Positions 10,167 through 20,120 of a DNA stretch of 35,097 nucleotides are shown piece by piece. Within the stretch, counting starts at the first letter, position 1; each line of letters opens with the position of its first letter. Source of the DNA: a virus. The notes beneath the pieces are model-generated. The model was not told the DNA's origin. It searched no databases and saw nothing but the letters and a program-made list of their open reading frames with translations. The position numbers were made by a program, and so were the translations under genes. Where the stretch lies: positions 101,474 through 136,570 of the IMG/VR virus record IMGVR_UViG_2648501629_000001; one strand, written 5' to 3'.

Positions 10167-10697
10167 TTACTTGAAGTCTGTAACAGTGAATGAGACTGCA
10201 TAGCCACCAAACTTATTATTGTGTATCCAAAGTTCATTCAAGTAACGAAGCTTTAATTCACCCATTCCAATGCCCTTCGTTCCATCAAATAGCTTACTAA
10301 TCTCAGCAAGCATCAAATCTTGACGGACTCCATGGTCAGTTCTCATAATGTCTACATGAGTGAAGAAATAGAAGTAAATCTCTCCTGCTTGATAATCATC
10401 AAAGACTTGGAAACCTTCTTGATATCGTCTAAATCCATTTACTCCTAATGTAAGAAATGTACCTTGTTCATCAATCGTATTAGGTACAAATCTGTATGGA
10501 AATACCCTCGTATGCATTAACGAGAAGGTATCCTCCATTTCGATGTCAGGCTTATCCAAAGCATCTTCTGAATCATACTTCAAAAGTTTTGCTAATGTTT
10601 GAGAACCTAAACATCGATTTAAGATTTCCATCTTGTATTCTCCAAGTTTTTCCATTGCGGATTTTCCACGTTTAATCTGCTTTGTCAACCATCTCAC
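10167..10697 (-). CDS. Putative tail terminator/completion protein
   Basis: 176-aa ORF tightly coupled within the neck module; function from position. Confidence 0.5.
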   Translation of the reverse strand: MRWLTKQIKRGKSAMEKLGEYKMEILNRCLGSQTLAKLLKYDSEDALDKPDIEMEDTFSLMHTRVFPYRFVPNTIDEQGTFLTLGVNGFRRYQEGFQVFDDYQAGEIYFYFFTHVDIMRTDHGVRQDLMLAEISKLFDGTKGIGMGELKLRYLNELWIHNNKFGGYAVSFTVTDFK

Positions 10698-10703
10698 CCT
10701 CTC

Positions 10704-11681
10704 TTAATATGGACTTACAATTTTCACAGTTTTAGAGCCAATTGAACCACTAGCTGTTTTTCCAACGATAGTAATAATAGAACCAACCTTTTGGAAGTTA
10801 GATTCGATTCGAATCGATATATTTCTACTATCTTGTTCAACAACCTTGGCTACTGCCTCTGTGTCAGATACTGTCCATTCAACAATATCTTCACTCGCCA
10901 CATACTTAACAAGAGAGCCTACTTTAGCTTTATCAGCACCAGTAACGACAACCTCTGTAGGATTCACAGGAGGCTCAGTCGGGTCGGGCTTTTTAGCAGG
11001 GTAATAATCAGCAATACCAAGTTCTGCGTTGTCTCTATCTACTGCGAACATATCCTGTTCTAATAGATAGTTGATTAATCCTTTTCGAGACACAGGGTCT
11101 TTAAAGAACACTTGATATACTGCTCCACCAATGAAGATACGTTGACCAATTTTAATTGCTCTTGTCTCTGCATTGTCCTGCATATACATCATCATCTTAC
11201 CGTTTACAATCCAAGCATTTTGACCACTTGTACTAACCCCTAGAGTATACAGCGTTTGGTTTTGAACGTAGGCATCATATCCATGTCCATTTCCACAAAT
11301 CTTATCTCCAATCATCCACTTGATAACATGATTGGCTTCTTTCACTTTTAACTGCTTGTGAGTTGGTATTGTCTTATGCTCATCAGAGAATATCATCCAA
11401 ATGTTACCTCTCCAATTTACATACGAACCAACTTGTGCATGGCTGTCATTTTTCACAATCATGTACTTATCATCAGATAAGTCCTTGTTGTTATTTTGGT
11501 TTTGGTCTTGAAAGACAGCGTATTGCTCAATCCCATCAACTAATATAGTCTCTCTTCCTACGTGACTATTGAACCATAGCTCAAAGTCTCGTACAGCGCC
11601 TTTGAATACTCTGTCATAATTAGTGCCACCTTTGGCATTCATTCTTGTTCTAAATGTAGAAGAAAATGACAAGACTACCAC
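10704..11681 (-). CDS. Putative head-closure protein with a C-terminal Ig-like domain
   Basis: 325 aa overlapping the adaptor gene; a Pro-rich linker (KKPDPTEPPVNPT) is followed by a beta-rich domain. Confidence 0.5.
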   Translation of the reverse strand: MVVLSFSSTFRTRMNAKGGTNYDRVFKGAVRDFELWFNSHVGRETILVDGIEQYAVFQDQNQNNNKDLSDDKYMIVKNDSHAQVGSYVNWRGNIWMIFSDEHKTIPTHKQLKVKEANHVIKWMIGDKICGNGHGYDAYVQNQTLYTLGVSTSGQNAWIVNGKMMMYMQDNAETRAIKIGQRIFIGGAVYQVFFKDPVSRKGLINYLLEQDMFAVDRDNAELGIADYYPAKKPDPTEPPVNPTEVVVTGADKAKVGSLVKYVASEDIVEWTVSDTEAVAKVVEQDSRNISIRIESNFQKVGSIITIVGKTASGSIGSKTVKIVSPY

Positions 11682-12109
11682 CCCTCTAACGAGAAGTTAT
11701 TATAGGTATAGCTAACTACATATCTACGAATCTCATCTTCGATTTTGGCATCAAGCTTAGATAGTTCTCTAAGATAGTTAGTACCCTGTTGTGCCTTGAA
11801 ATCTCTATCACCAATGGCTTTTCTCATCAAATCAGCGTTATTTAGCTTAGGAGAAAGCCAAGCCTTCTTCATACACATCGCTAATATGAATTCTTCTTGT
11901 GACGTTAAGTCTTCTTCAAATTCACCTAATCCAAGATTTTCAGTAATCTTGTTTAAGTCCTTTTTGCACTGAGGAAAGTAAAGACTTCTAGCTTGGTCTA
12001 GATAACCAAACAGTACCTCACTTAACTCTTCATCAGTTACAAGTCCCAGTTCATAGTCATCAACCATACCTAGGAACTTCTGATAGATAGAGGTAAAAGA
12101 TGTTGCCAT
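11675..12109 (-). CDS. Putative head-tail adaptor/connector
   Basis: About 144-aa helical ORF two genes after the capsid gene; start MATSF after GGAGGTG (track starts at 12118). Confidence 0.55.
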   Translation of the reverse strand: MATSFTSIYQKFLGMVDDYELGLVTDEELSEVLFGYLDQARSLYFPQCKKDLNKITENLGLGEFEEDLTSQEEFILAMCMKKAWLSPKLNNADLMRKAIGDRDFKAQQGTNYLRELSKLDAKIEDEIRRYVVSYTYNNFSLEGW

Positions 12110-12124
12110 ATGCAACACCTCCCC

Positions 12125-12826
12125 TTAAATGTAGATGTCTTCGTCAACTTCTGTTTCATTTGCATCAGCAAATAGCTCATCGTTAACGTAGCTTTCAATG
12201 ATTCGCATTTTGTTGTAGTCCCCAAACTCTTTTAGCTTGAATAGCACAACAGCCATTTCGATAACTCGTGTTCGTAACTTGCTATCAATCTTCTCCATCG
12301 TTTTCTGAAAAGCATTAATTGGCGCTTTTAATATGAAGTCTTTAATATCAGTTACTTCTGCTAGTTCACCATTTTGCTTGTTCGCTAAGTCGTAGTATTC
12401 CTCATACTTTCTATCTAAGCCAAGATAAATTAGAACATCTTCAAGTGTAACTTCGTTATCTACAACATCTGTAATCAGTAACTGGAATCCTTCTAAAATC
12501 TTACGATTCGAATTCAGCATTGTTCTTAAATCACCAACAGTAATGTACTCTTCATCACCAATTTTCGCTAAATCGATGTTTTGAGACATACGAGGATTTT
12601 CATAGAAGAACTTGCTACCAACTACGTTGCTCACTACGATAACCTCAATGTTTCTGTCAACGTTTACTCTTCGTTTACGTTGAGGTCGTTGAGGTCGTTC
12701 ATTGCGTTCGTTACGCTCGTTGCGATTCCCACGGTCATTGCGGTTATTGCGATTATCATTGTTATTGTATCGACTATTATTATTTCGATTTCGATTGTAG
12801 TTATTGTTATTTCGTTGTTTCTCCAT
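12125..12826 (-). CDS. Hypothetical protein with an Asn/Arg-rich low-complexity N-terminus
   Basis: Start MEKQRNNNNYNRNRNNNSRY... after GGAG; directly downstream of the capsid gene. Confidence 0.7.
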   Translation of the reverse strand: MEKQRNNNNYNRNRNNNSRYNNNDNRNNRNDRGNRNERNERNERPQRPQRKRRVNVDRNIEVIVVSNVVGSKFFYENPRMSQNIDLAKIGDEEYITVGDLRTMLNSNRKILEGFQLLITDVVDNEVTLEDVLIYLGLDRKYEEYYDLANKQNGELAEVTDIKDFILKAPINAFQKTMEKIDSKLRTRVIEMAVVLFKLKEFGDYNKMRIIESYVNDELFADANETEVDEDIYI

Positions 12827-12867
12827 CGTACAACTCCACTCTCCCACGTTTCAATAATTTTGTTTAA

Positions 12868-12910
12868 TAATACAGCGAGGGGAGAGTTTCCCCTTCCCCA
12901 CTCTGTATTA
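12868..12910 (-). terminator. Hairpin downstream of the capsid gene, flanked by two 20-bp motif copies
   Basis: Minus strand TAATACAG-agt-GGGGA...TCCCC-tcg-CTGTATTA; motif copies at 12849-12868 and 12937-12956. Confidence 0.55.
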
Positions 12911-12913
12911 TAG

Positions 12914-12956
12914 ATTATACCAAAAGCTCTACATAGTTTCAATACTTTTGTTTAAA
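12914..12956 (-). promoter_or_regulatory. SigmaA-type promoter overlapping the 20-bp motif
   Basis: TTGAAA-17nt-TATAAT with TG extension, immediately after the capsid stop codon. Confidence 0.72.
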
Positions 12957-12961
12957 AAAGA

Positions 12962-13945
12962 TTAGCTAATTTTGTAGATACCGTAGATTGCAGATTGCAT
13001 TACACCTACGCCCATTTTCTTTTGGATTTGGTATTCCATTTGTTGGTCGTTACGCTCTCCTGCGTCAGCAGTTTCAATCATAGTAGCTTCGCCTTCTACT
13101 ACAACTTTTACAAGCTTCTCGTTTGAAGGAACAACAAGTAACATGTTGTCATCAACGAAGAACTCGTCAGTACCGATTTTGTGCGCTTGAGGAAGTAACA
13201 TTAAGCTAGTTCCACCAACTTCACCAACGTAACCTACACGGTTGATTTGGTCTTTGATGCTGTCAGAGCCATTGATTGCTTTAGATACTTTACGAAGTGC
13301 TTTACGAGTACCCATAACAACAGCTTTTTTACCAGACTTAGCTTCTACATGCTCAATCATTTCGAATAACTCATCTTCGTTGTAAGTACCAGTTACACCG
13401 TAAGTGCTGTTTAAAGCGCTGTAAGAGTTAGCGATAGCTTTGTAGATTTGAGTTCCTAAGTCATGAGCGAATGATAGAGATAAACGGTTAACCCAACCAG
13501 TGAAGTCTACCATACCTGCTTGGAACTGCTCAAGTTCAGTGTAGATTTTAGCACCGAAGTAATCAGTTTCAACTTCGAAACGTCTGTTAAGGATTTTTTG
13601 ACGGCGTAAGTCATTAGTTCCACCTGCGATACGAGCGATGCGGAATAACGAGTTATCTTCTACACGGAATGCAGGACGCTCACCAATTGCTACGTTCTTA
13701 ACTTCTGCTAAGCTATCGAATTGGTTAGTGATTACTACTCCAAGAGTTACATCTAAAACCTCTTCGATAATTGAGAATACTTTATACTTGTTCTCACGGA
13801 AATTCTTGTAATTAAATGTTCCACCAACTGCTACGTTAATTGCGTTACGAATTGCGTCCTCGCCTTTAACCTCGTTGAACATTACTTGTTTGCCATTATA
13901 TACGTCTAGTGCAAGACGTTGTAAGTCTGTCATTTGTGTTTTCAC
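12962..13945 (-). CDS. Major capsid protein
   Basis: 327 aa downstream of the portal, protease/scaffold and a small accessory gene; codon usage looks like a highly expressed gene; SPbeta-like order. Confidence 0.78.
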   Translation of the reverse strand: MKTQMTDLQRLALDVYNGKQVMFNEVKGEDAIRNAINVAVGGTFNYKNFRENKYKVFSIIEEVLDVTLGVVITNQFDSLAEVKNVAIGERPAFRVEDNSLFRIARIAGGTNDLRRQKILNRRFEVETDYFGAKIYTELEQFQAGMVDFTGWVNRLSLSFAHDLGTQIYKAIANSYSALNSTYGVTGTYNEDELFEMIEHVEAKSGKKAVVMGTRKALRKVSKAINGSDSIKDQINRVGYVGEVGGTSLMLLPQAHKIGTDEFFVDDNMLLVVPSNEKLVKVVVEGEATMIETADAGERNDQQMEYQIQKKMGVGVMQSAIYGIYKIS

Positions 13946-14041
13946 TAAAGTTCACCTTCCATAGTTAGAATGAATATTGCAGAGCGAGTTTCACACCCTG
14001 CAATTCATTTCAATAATTTTGTTTTATTTGTTTTTAAAAGA

Positions 14042-14497
14042 TTAAGCAGAGATACGAATTACAGCCATTTTACCTGCAATTGCATCGATATCGATAGCGA
14101 TGATTTCGCCATGGATTTTACCTACGGTTTCTTCGCCATCAACGATGTCGAAACCAGTTGCAGATGGGTTAACTTTTGCACCCACTACAGGAGTTCCATT
14201 TACTCCGTCAAATGTGATTGATACTGTATTACCAGTACGAACTACATAACCACGTCCAACTTTTCCTGCTTTTAACTTGTAGTCTAATTCGTTTTCACGG
14301 TCTCCGTATACTAAACCGTTTGAAACATGAAGAACTAACTCTTTTTCTTGGTCTCCACTTGGAGTAGCCATGCGAGCCTCTCCATCTGCTTGTAAAGCAC
14401 CTAATGCTACCCATTGACCATTAACAAGGTCAGTCGTAGCAATAATTGATTCGATGTGTTGGTCTTTGCCAATTTTGTCTAAGATAACGTATGCCAT
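14042..14497 (-). CDS. Capsid decoration/accessory protein
   Basis: About 151-aa Gly/Val-rich ORF between scaffold and capsid; start MAYVILDK (track starts at 14509). Confidence 0.55.
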   Translation of the reverse strand: MAYVILDKIGKDQHIESIIATTDLVNGQWVALGALQADGEARMATPSGDQEKELVLHVSNGLVYGDRENELDYKLKAGKVGRGYVVRTGNTVSITFDGVNGTPVVGAKVNPSATGFDIVDGEETVGKIHGEIIAIDIDAIAGKMAVIRISA

Positions 14498-14525
14498 CAG
14501 TAAATACACCCTTTCGGTTAATTAA

Positions 14526-15974
14526 TTATTTTGAAAAATATACAGAAGCTGACCCATATGGGTTCGCATCTACAGCGTTAATTGCACCAACTCGTGCTTG
14601 AGTTGAATCTTCCTGCTTATTAGCAGAGAAGTGATTTTTCTTAAGAAGAACGAAACCAATTTCTTTTTCGATTTCTTCCATAGAGAAGTTTGTAAGATTT
14701 GCTTTGATAGAATCAAAGTCTTCTTTCGATAGAGTAGCAGAGTATTGAGCAAGTTTTTGCTCTTTTTCAGCTAACTCAACGCCTGCTTTGAATTCTCGTA
14801 ACTCTTTAGCCTCTTGCTCTAATGCTTCGAAGTTGTTGCGAGTAGAATCAACTACAGATTTTTCGCTTTGTGTTAAGAACATTGGGAACAATTCTTCAAA
14901 TTCTCCTAGTGATACAGCGTTCTCATGCTTCACATAGTTAATCTTAAAGAACTTACCTTGACTCTCATCTTCAACTACTGCGTGATTATCATATACTTTA
15001 GAAATCCATACCCATGAATCTTTAAAAGTATCATGTTGGTCTAAAGCTTGATAGATTCCACTGCGAATATCATCATGAGAAAGCTCGAATAAGCGAGTAA
15101 ATCTCTCAGCTACCACAGGTTCTACTACTGGCTCTACAACAGGCTCTGTTGATGGCTCAGTAAAGTTATTTGGTTCTGTAGGCTCTGTTGGTTCAGCAAC
15201 AGGTTCTATTACTGGCTCTGTTGGCTCTGCCACTGGTTCTGCAAAATTAGTTGGTTCAGCCACTGGCTCAACCACTGGTTCTAAGTTTTCGTTTTCTGTA
15301 GGCACTATAGCGCCTCCTTTCTCTTCAACGTTTGTAAAGTAAGTGTTAAATTCTTTTAACATCTCGCTAAACTCATTTGTTATATTATCCGCAGAGAATT
15401 TCTCGATTGTACTAGATACCATAGCAGGGGTAACGTGTTCACCTAGGATGCAAGCACCCTCAAACTTGGCTTCTGTAAATACAAAAACGCCATTATCATC
15501 AAGATATCCTTTTACGCTAGAATTCTGTAACTCCATTGATTGCCATTTAAAGCCACCATCTCGGTCAAAAATCTCTTCAACCTCAGGGAATTTTCTCCAC
15601 AATATTCCATCGCAAACAAGATATTCACGTTCAACCCCATCGCTTCCATATCGAGTCTCAAAGCGAGCGTTGTTCTCTGTAGGAATCACGCCATAGGCAC
15701 GTCCTAAATACTTAAGCTTAAATTGTTTATCTTCAATCACTAGGACTTCTTCATGACCTTTGAAGTCAGCTTGGTTCTCTTCATCTACAGCAATGTATCC
15801 AAGAATTGGAACGTTTGCTAATGAAGGAATCATCGCCTCAAGTACTTCTTTAGAGAATATCGAATTATTTCGATTCTCTCCTGTATGAGCAATCCAAATT
15901 TTCACTTTCATAAATCTGTCATCTAATACATTCATTACTTGCTCAAACTCTATAGGCAGACTGTGTTTATCCAA
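14526..15974 (-). CDS. Prohead protease-scaffold fusion
   Basis: N-terminal domain (H.G.NRN.S.F...QSMEL...G.CILG....PAM), central Glu-Pro repeat linker, acidic coiled-coil C-terminus; between portal and capsid. Confidence 0.72.
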   Translation of the reverse strand: MDKHSLPIEFEQVMNVLDDRFMKVKIWIAHTGENRNNSIFSKEVLEAMIPSLANVPILGYIAVDEENQADFKGHEEVLVIEDKQFKLKYLGRAYGVIPTENNARFETRYGSDGVEREYLVCDGILWRKFPEVEEIFDRDGGFKWQSMELQNSSVKGYLDDNGVFVFTEAKFEGACILGEHVTPAMVSSTIEKFSADNITNEFSEMLKEFNTYFTNVEEKGGAIVPTENENLEPVVEPVAEPTNFAEPVAEPTEPVIEPVAEPTEPTEPNNFTEPSTEPVVEPVVEPVVAERFTRLFELSHDDIRSGIYQALDQHDTFKDSWVWISKVYDNHAVVEDESQGKFFKINYVKHENAVSLGEFEELFPMFLTQSEKSVVDSTRNNFEALEQEAKELREFKAGVELAEKEQKLAQYSATLSKEDFDSIKANLTNFSMEEIEKEIGFVLLKKNHFSANKQEDSTQARVGAINAVDANPYGSASVYFSK

Positions 15975-15993
15975 CCTATTTCACCTCCCTTCA

Positions 15994-17499
15994 CTACTGA
16001 GAATCTTTAATTCGAACTGTAGTGTCAGTAGGGTTTTCAGCTTCGGGTCTTCCTACTTCCCCATCTTTTCCTTCGTGGGGATTTCCACTCAACGTATTAG
16101 AAGTTTGTTTTGCAATCATGTAATCGTCAATAGAAAGAACACGTTGTTCGAAGATAAGCATATTAGCTACTTCAATTGGAGTCATGCCTGTGTGGGCAAG
16201 GTACTCTAATCGAGAGCCACCGAATGTCAACTGGTCTTTCGCTGTTTTAATCGCTTCATCTTTACCAAACCAAGAAGTTGCAAGGAATTTAACTATCCAA
16301 GAAGTACCTTTTTTACTTGCCTTCTTCAACTCATAGTTGTAGTAATTTGCAAACATAGGTAGCAAGAAACTATATAAGTATTGAGCATCTACTTGAATAG
16401 AACGCTCTAATGCTTGTGAGCTTGCACCATCGCCTGCGAAAAGCATCTTTGAAACGCCTGCATCATCGTACAGGTTCTCAATTGTCTTTTCTAATAAAGA
16501 GAATTTGCCATCTTTACCAGTTCCATTTAACGTAATCCCCTTTGTATCAAATGGGTTTGTAATCGCTACACTACCCTCGGGAAGATTTCGTTTTAATGCG
16601 TTGTGATATTCCATAACAACTGGAAGTTCCATTAAAGGTCTTCCTTTATCGTCAGTCTCAATCTTAGAGTGAACGATTTTTGTATTATCAAGGTTCGCAG
16701 TTGATTCCATTGAATCTTTCGCATTCTCAATCTTAATAACATCAATTAATGCACTCGCCAATGGTGGGACAGATAATCCTCCTTGAGTCATTGCATCTAC
16801 ATCTAATGTAAACGCTACGCCCTTGTCAGATACTTGATACCATTTCCCCTCTACAAGCTTTTCTGTTTGACCATTTTTCAAGCTTGTATAAGCATTCTGA
16901 ATCTCTTTTGGATACAGTAGCATTGTCGCTTCTGTTAATTTACTAATATCCATTTGATAGCGATACACGTTTTCATCCATAAAGGAGATTCTGCATAAGT
17001 TAAGTGGAAACTCCATATAAGCGACACTCTTAGAATCTTCTAACTTGTATAAGAAGATAGCACCGTTAACCAAAATCTTTTCTGTAAACATTGGTAAGTT
17101 GAATTTAAGATTCAAACGATGTAAGAATATTGCAGTTTGAGCAAATGCCAATTGCATTTCTTTTGGGTCTTCTGCAAAGCTTAATGGGTCTTCCATAACT
17201 GGATACAGTACATGGTCGAAAGTCATCATTCCACTCATATAGCGAATAATACCTTTGTACATACCATTAATCTGCTTCATTCCTTTTGACAAGCCTGCAA
17301 TGGCGTTTGAGTTCTTCGCAGGGTCTTGAAGCATCTGTTTTAACCTAGCTTCACCAATCGCTTTTGAAGCACTACTATTTGTTCCATTGACACTAGCAGA
17401 AGTTGAAGCGAATCGTTCATATGAGAAATTCTGATTACCATTGTTATTTCGACTTCGATGACGATTCTTCTTTTTAGTAGTTGTTTTATTCGTTGCCAC
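15994..17499 (-). CDS. Portal protein
   Basis: 501 aa directly after the terminase large subunit; C-terminal GRP motif common in portals. Confidence 0.75.
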   Translation of the reverse strand: MATNKTTTKKKNRHRSRNNNGNQNFSYERFASTSASVNGTNSSASKAIGEARLKQMLQDPAKNSNAIAGLSKGMKQINGMYKGIIRYMSGMMTFDHVLYPVMEDPLSFAEDPKEMQLAFAQTAIFLHRLNLKFNLPMFTEKILVNGAIFLYKLEDSKSVAYMEFPLNLCRISFMDENVYRYQMDISKLTEATMLLYPKEIQNAYTSLKNGQTEKLVEGKWYQVSDKGVAFTLDVDAMTQGGLSVPPLASALIDVIKIENAKDSMESTANLDNTKIVHSKIETDDKGRPLMELPVVMEYHNALKRNLPEGSVAITNPFDTKGITLNGTGKDGKFSLLEKTIENLYDDAGVSKMLFAGDGASSQALERSIQVDAQYLYSFLLPMFANYYNYELKKASKKGTSWIVKFLATSWFGKDEAIKTAKDQLTFGGSRLEYLAHTGMTPIEVANMLIFEQRVLSIDDYMIAKQTSNTLSGNPHEGKDGEVGRPEAENPTDTTVRIKDSQ

Positions 17500-17516
17500 T
17501 GTTCTGTCTCACCACC

Positions 17517-19247
17517 TTAGAATAAGCAATAGTTGAGCATTTCATTATTCTTCATGTTCGCACGAAGAATATCTTGCTCTAGTAAAGTAGCAACATAGTT
17601 ACCATATCCAATAGATGAATATCTATCTTTTGTAGTAGTTCCTACTTCTTCTATCTTGATATATCCACTTTGAATTCTATAAACTAAGTTTACTAACTCG
17701 TTTTGCAGTGCCGTTGCTTGTACGAAAGGTTTTAATAGATAAACCTTTTCCTCCTCAGTCTTCTTAAGGTAGCCTTGGCTCTCAATTAAGTCATCTTTAG
17801 CTTCAATATCGTTCATTAATAAGCGAATCTTCTTTTTCTCGAATGCGCTTCTCAATCCTGTTGCAACCTTATGGTTCAACTCTGCGTTACCTTTGATAGA
17901 GTAGATGATTGGGATTGCATTTTTATCAATCTTTCGTTCATCCATCATCTCATCATTAATAACTGTCCATGCCTCATATTCAACGTCTCTAGCTTTGTCG
18001 TAGAGGATTTTTGTACATGAATCAAACACCGAAATACCATTACCATTGGTATCCATAGCGACATAGTCGCCTTCAAAATCATAGTATAGTTGTTTCAGTC
18101 TAATAGCTTGCAGTTCAGCGTTTCCACCCTGCAAGGACTCCATATAAACAACATCTCTTCTATACTCTGCGCCATCGGGTAATAAACGAATAAGAGTAAA
18201 TGCTGTTGTATCATTTTTGACAGCTTTACTAGAACCCATTAAGGCGATATCCATGGAAACTATGCGTAGTTCCCCTGCTTGCTTAGGCATATTGCTAAGC
18301 TTCTTTCTTCTATCCTTGTTTTCTACGAATTCTCTGTTCGTAGGAGGATAGAATGCTTTTGGAAGTGTTCTACACTTCTGAACATCATCTAATTTAAAGT
18401 AGGCATTTTCGTTTTCACCAACGAAGAGCGCCTCATATTCCATGTCCCAAGACATTTGGTCAAAGTCTTCTTCTGTTCTCTGTTGCTCGACACGTTTTCG
18501 AGATAATAGATTATGAAATACAGAGAGTTGCCATGGGAGTACTGCGACAAAATAGTCTTTTCCTGCTACCATGCTATTTAAGTAAGACTTGAAAGAGTCC
18601 CATATCCAATGATTTTTATACCAAGCTGAGGAAATATAAATCTCTTTATTTTCCTCTGATAGATGCTTATATTTTGGGTTTGATAGATATGGTGGAGTTC
18701 TATTAACGTTAAGGAATGGACGAAGGATTGTATCAATCGTTTCTTTCGTGATTAGTCGGAACTCATCGACTATCAGAATATTCGCACGATAACCTCGGGC
18801 TGAGTCCCCTGACGTTACGGCTGTAATTTTAGAGCCATTCCTAAAGACAACATAGCATTCATTTGCACTTGTCTTAAATTCTTTAATCTCTCGTTCAACG
18901 TTCTTTGAGTTGTTTTTGAGAGCGAATATTTTCTCAGTGATTATTAATCTAGCTTGTCCTTTCGTTCCACTTGATAGAACGATATTACTAGATGGAAAGA
19001 GTATGGCTCTAATAACGCAGTAGACTGCGATAATGTAAGATTTCCCTTGTCCTCGTGCGGCGATATACATAAAAAATGAATATTTATTCATAGCCCACAG
19101 CAGTAAAATCTGATAAAGGAACAAGTTAACACCTAAATACTCTTTTGCAAATCGATGTGGATTATCTCTATAGAAGGCTGTCCATTTCTTGAACCCTTCT
19201 CTTGTCTTATTTGGGTTAGGCTGAGAACTCTTTCTTTTGACAGCCAT
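17517..19247 (-). CDS. terL: Terminase large subunit
   Basis: Walker A ARGQGKS, Walker B RG.RANILIVDE, nuclease-domain motifs SMDIA and KDRYSS. Confidence 0.92.
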   Translation of the reverse strand: MAVKRKSSQPNPNKTREGFKKWTAFYRDNPHRFAKEYLGVNLFLYQILLLWAMNKYSFFMYIAARGQGKSYIIAVYCVIRAILFPSSNIVLSSGTKGQARLIITEKIFALKNNSKNVEREIKEFKTSANECYVVFRNGSKITAVTSGDSARGYRANILIVDEFRLITKETIDTILRPFLNVNRTPPYLSNPKYKHLSEENKEIYISSAWYKNHWIWDSFKSYLNSMVAGKDYFVAVLPWQLSVFHNLLSRKRVEQQRTEEDFDQMSWDMEYEALFVGENENAYFKLDDVQKCRTLPKAFYPPTNREFVENKDRRKKLSNMPKQAGELRIVSMDIALMGSSKAVKNDTTAFTLIRLLPDGAEYRRDVVYMESLQGGNAELQAIRLKQLYYDFEGDYVAMDTNGNGISVFDSCTKILYDKARDVEYEAWTVINDEMMDERKIDKNAIPIIYSIKGNAELNHKVATGLRSAFEKKKIRLLMNDIEAKDDLIESQGYLKKTEEEKVYLLKPFVQATALQNELVNLVYRIQSGYIKIEEVGTTTKDRYSSIGYGNYVATLLEQDILRANMKNNEMLNYCLF

Positions 19248-20062
19248 TATTCTTCGCCATCCATCTTCACGATATCTTCATCTTTAATCTTTCCAAAGAC
19301 ACGCTTCATCTGTGTAATGAACCAACGCTCAACATAATCTTTGATGTACTTAGGCTCGAATTCTCCAGTTGTTTCAGTAACTGGCTCTGTCTCTTCAATT
19401 TTCTTAACCCATTCACCCCAAGATGCTAATCCACCATCTTCACTAGCTGACTTAACTTGAACTGGCTTAACGTTGGCATCCTGCATCTGCGTAGAGAGTG
19501 TTTTCATCATCTTCTCATACTTTGCATGGTCTCCATCATCTGAGGCTTTCTCAGCCATCCATTGTGTTCTAGCCATATTCTTAAACAATCGCTCTTGGAT
19601 TGTTGTTTCAGCCTTGTCTCCTCCTAGATTACGAAACTCTTCTTCTAGGAAGATATAATCATCGACTTCGAGGTTTCTACCCCATCTACGAATGATATCA
19701 TTTGTGATTTCAAAGTCATCGTAGTCGATTTCTGCCAACTCAGCTCGGTTGGTCTTCGCTGTGATATCATCACTATCTTTGAATCGTAGGTCTCTATTTT
19801 GTTTAAGAGATAGATTCTTAAAATATGTGCCAATCGTCTCTGTCTTGGCATCGTTTGCTTGCTTCCAAAAATCCTTTAAGTAAGGAATATCCATGGTTCT
19901 AAGGAAGTCCATCAATGTATCCATATCGTTTAAATTAACGTTTCCTTGAACACACTTCTTACAAAAGCCAAATTGTTCATTAATTAAAGGGTTTCTGTGC
20001 GAGTAGAAACTAGACAATGCCCAGTCTTTACCACAATGCAAACAGGTTTTTTTATTTGACAT
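19247..20062 (-). CDS. Putative terminase small subunit with an N-terminal Cys4 zinc finger
   Basis: CLHC...CKKC motifs; TAATG stop/start overlap with terL. Confidence 0.6.
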   Translation of the reverse strand: MSNKKTCLHCGKDWALSSFYSHRNPLINEQFGFCKKCVQGNVNLNDMDTLMDFLRTMDIPYLKDFWKQANDAKTETIGTYFKNLSLKQNRDLRFKDSDDITAKTNRAELAEIDYDDFEITNDIIRRWGRNLEVDDYIFLEEEFRNLGGDKAETTIQERLFKNMARTQWMAEKASDDGDHAKYEKMMKTLSTQMQDANVKPVQVKSASEDGGLASWGEWVKKIEETEPVTETTGEFEPKYIKDYVERWFITQMKRVFGKIKDEDIVKMDGEE

Positions 20063-20120
20063 CCTGTTACACCACCTTAATTAACAGTAATAAGGGAGAA
20101 CATCGTCTCCCTTGCAGTTG

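Noticed and set aside
17517-19247. Intein or intron in the terminase
   Set aside because: Length (576 aa) and motif spacing are normal, with no splicing motifs.
586-19851. Many short antisense or out-of-frame ORFs nested in structural genes (for example 586-870, 886-1089, 2817-3068, 15343-15696)
   Set aside because: They are shadows of long, well-supported minus-strand genes with no RBS or recognisable motifs.
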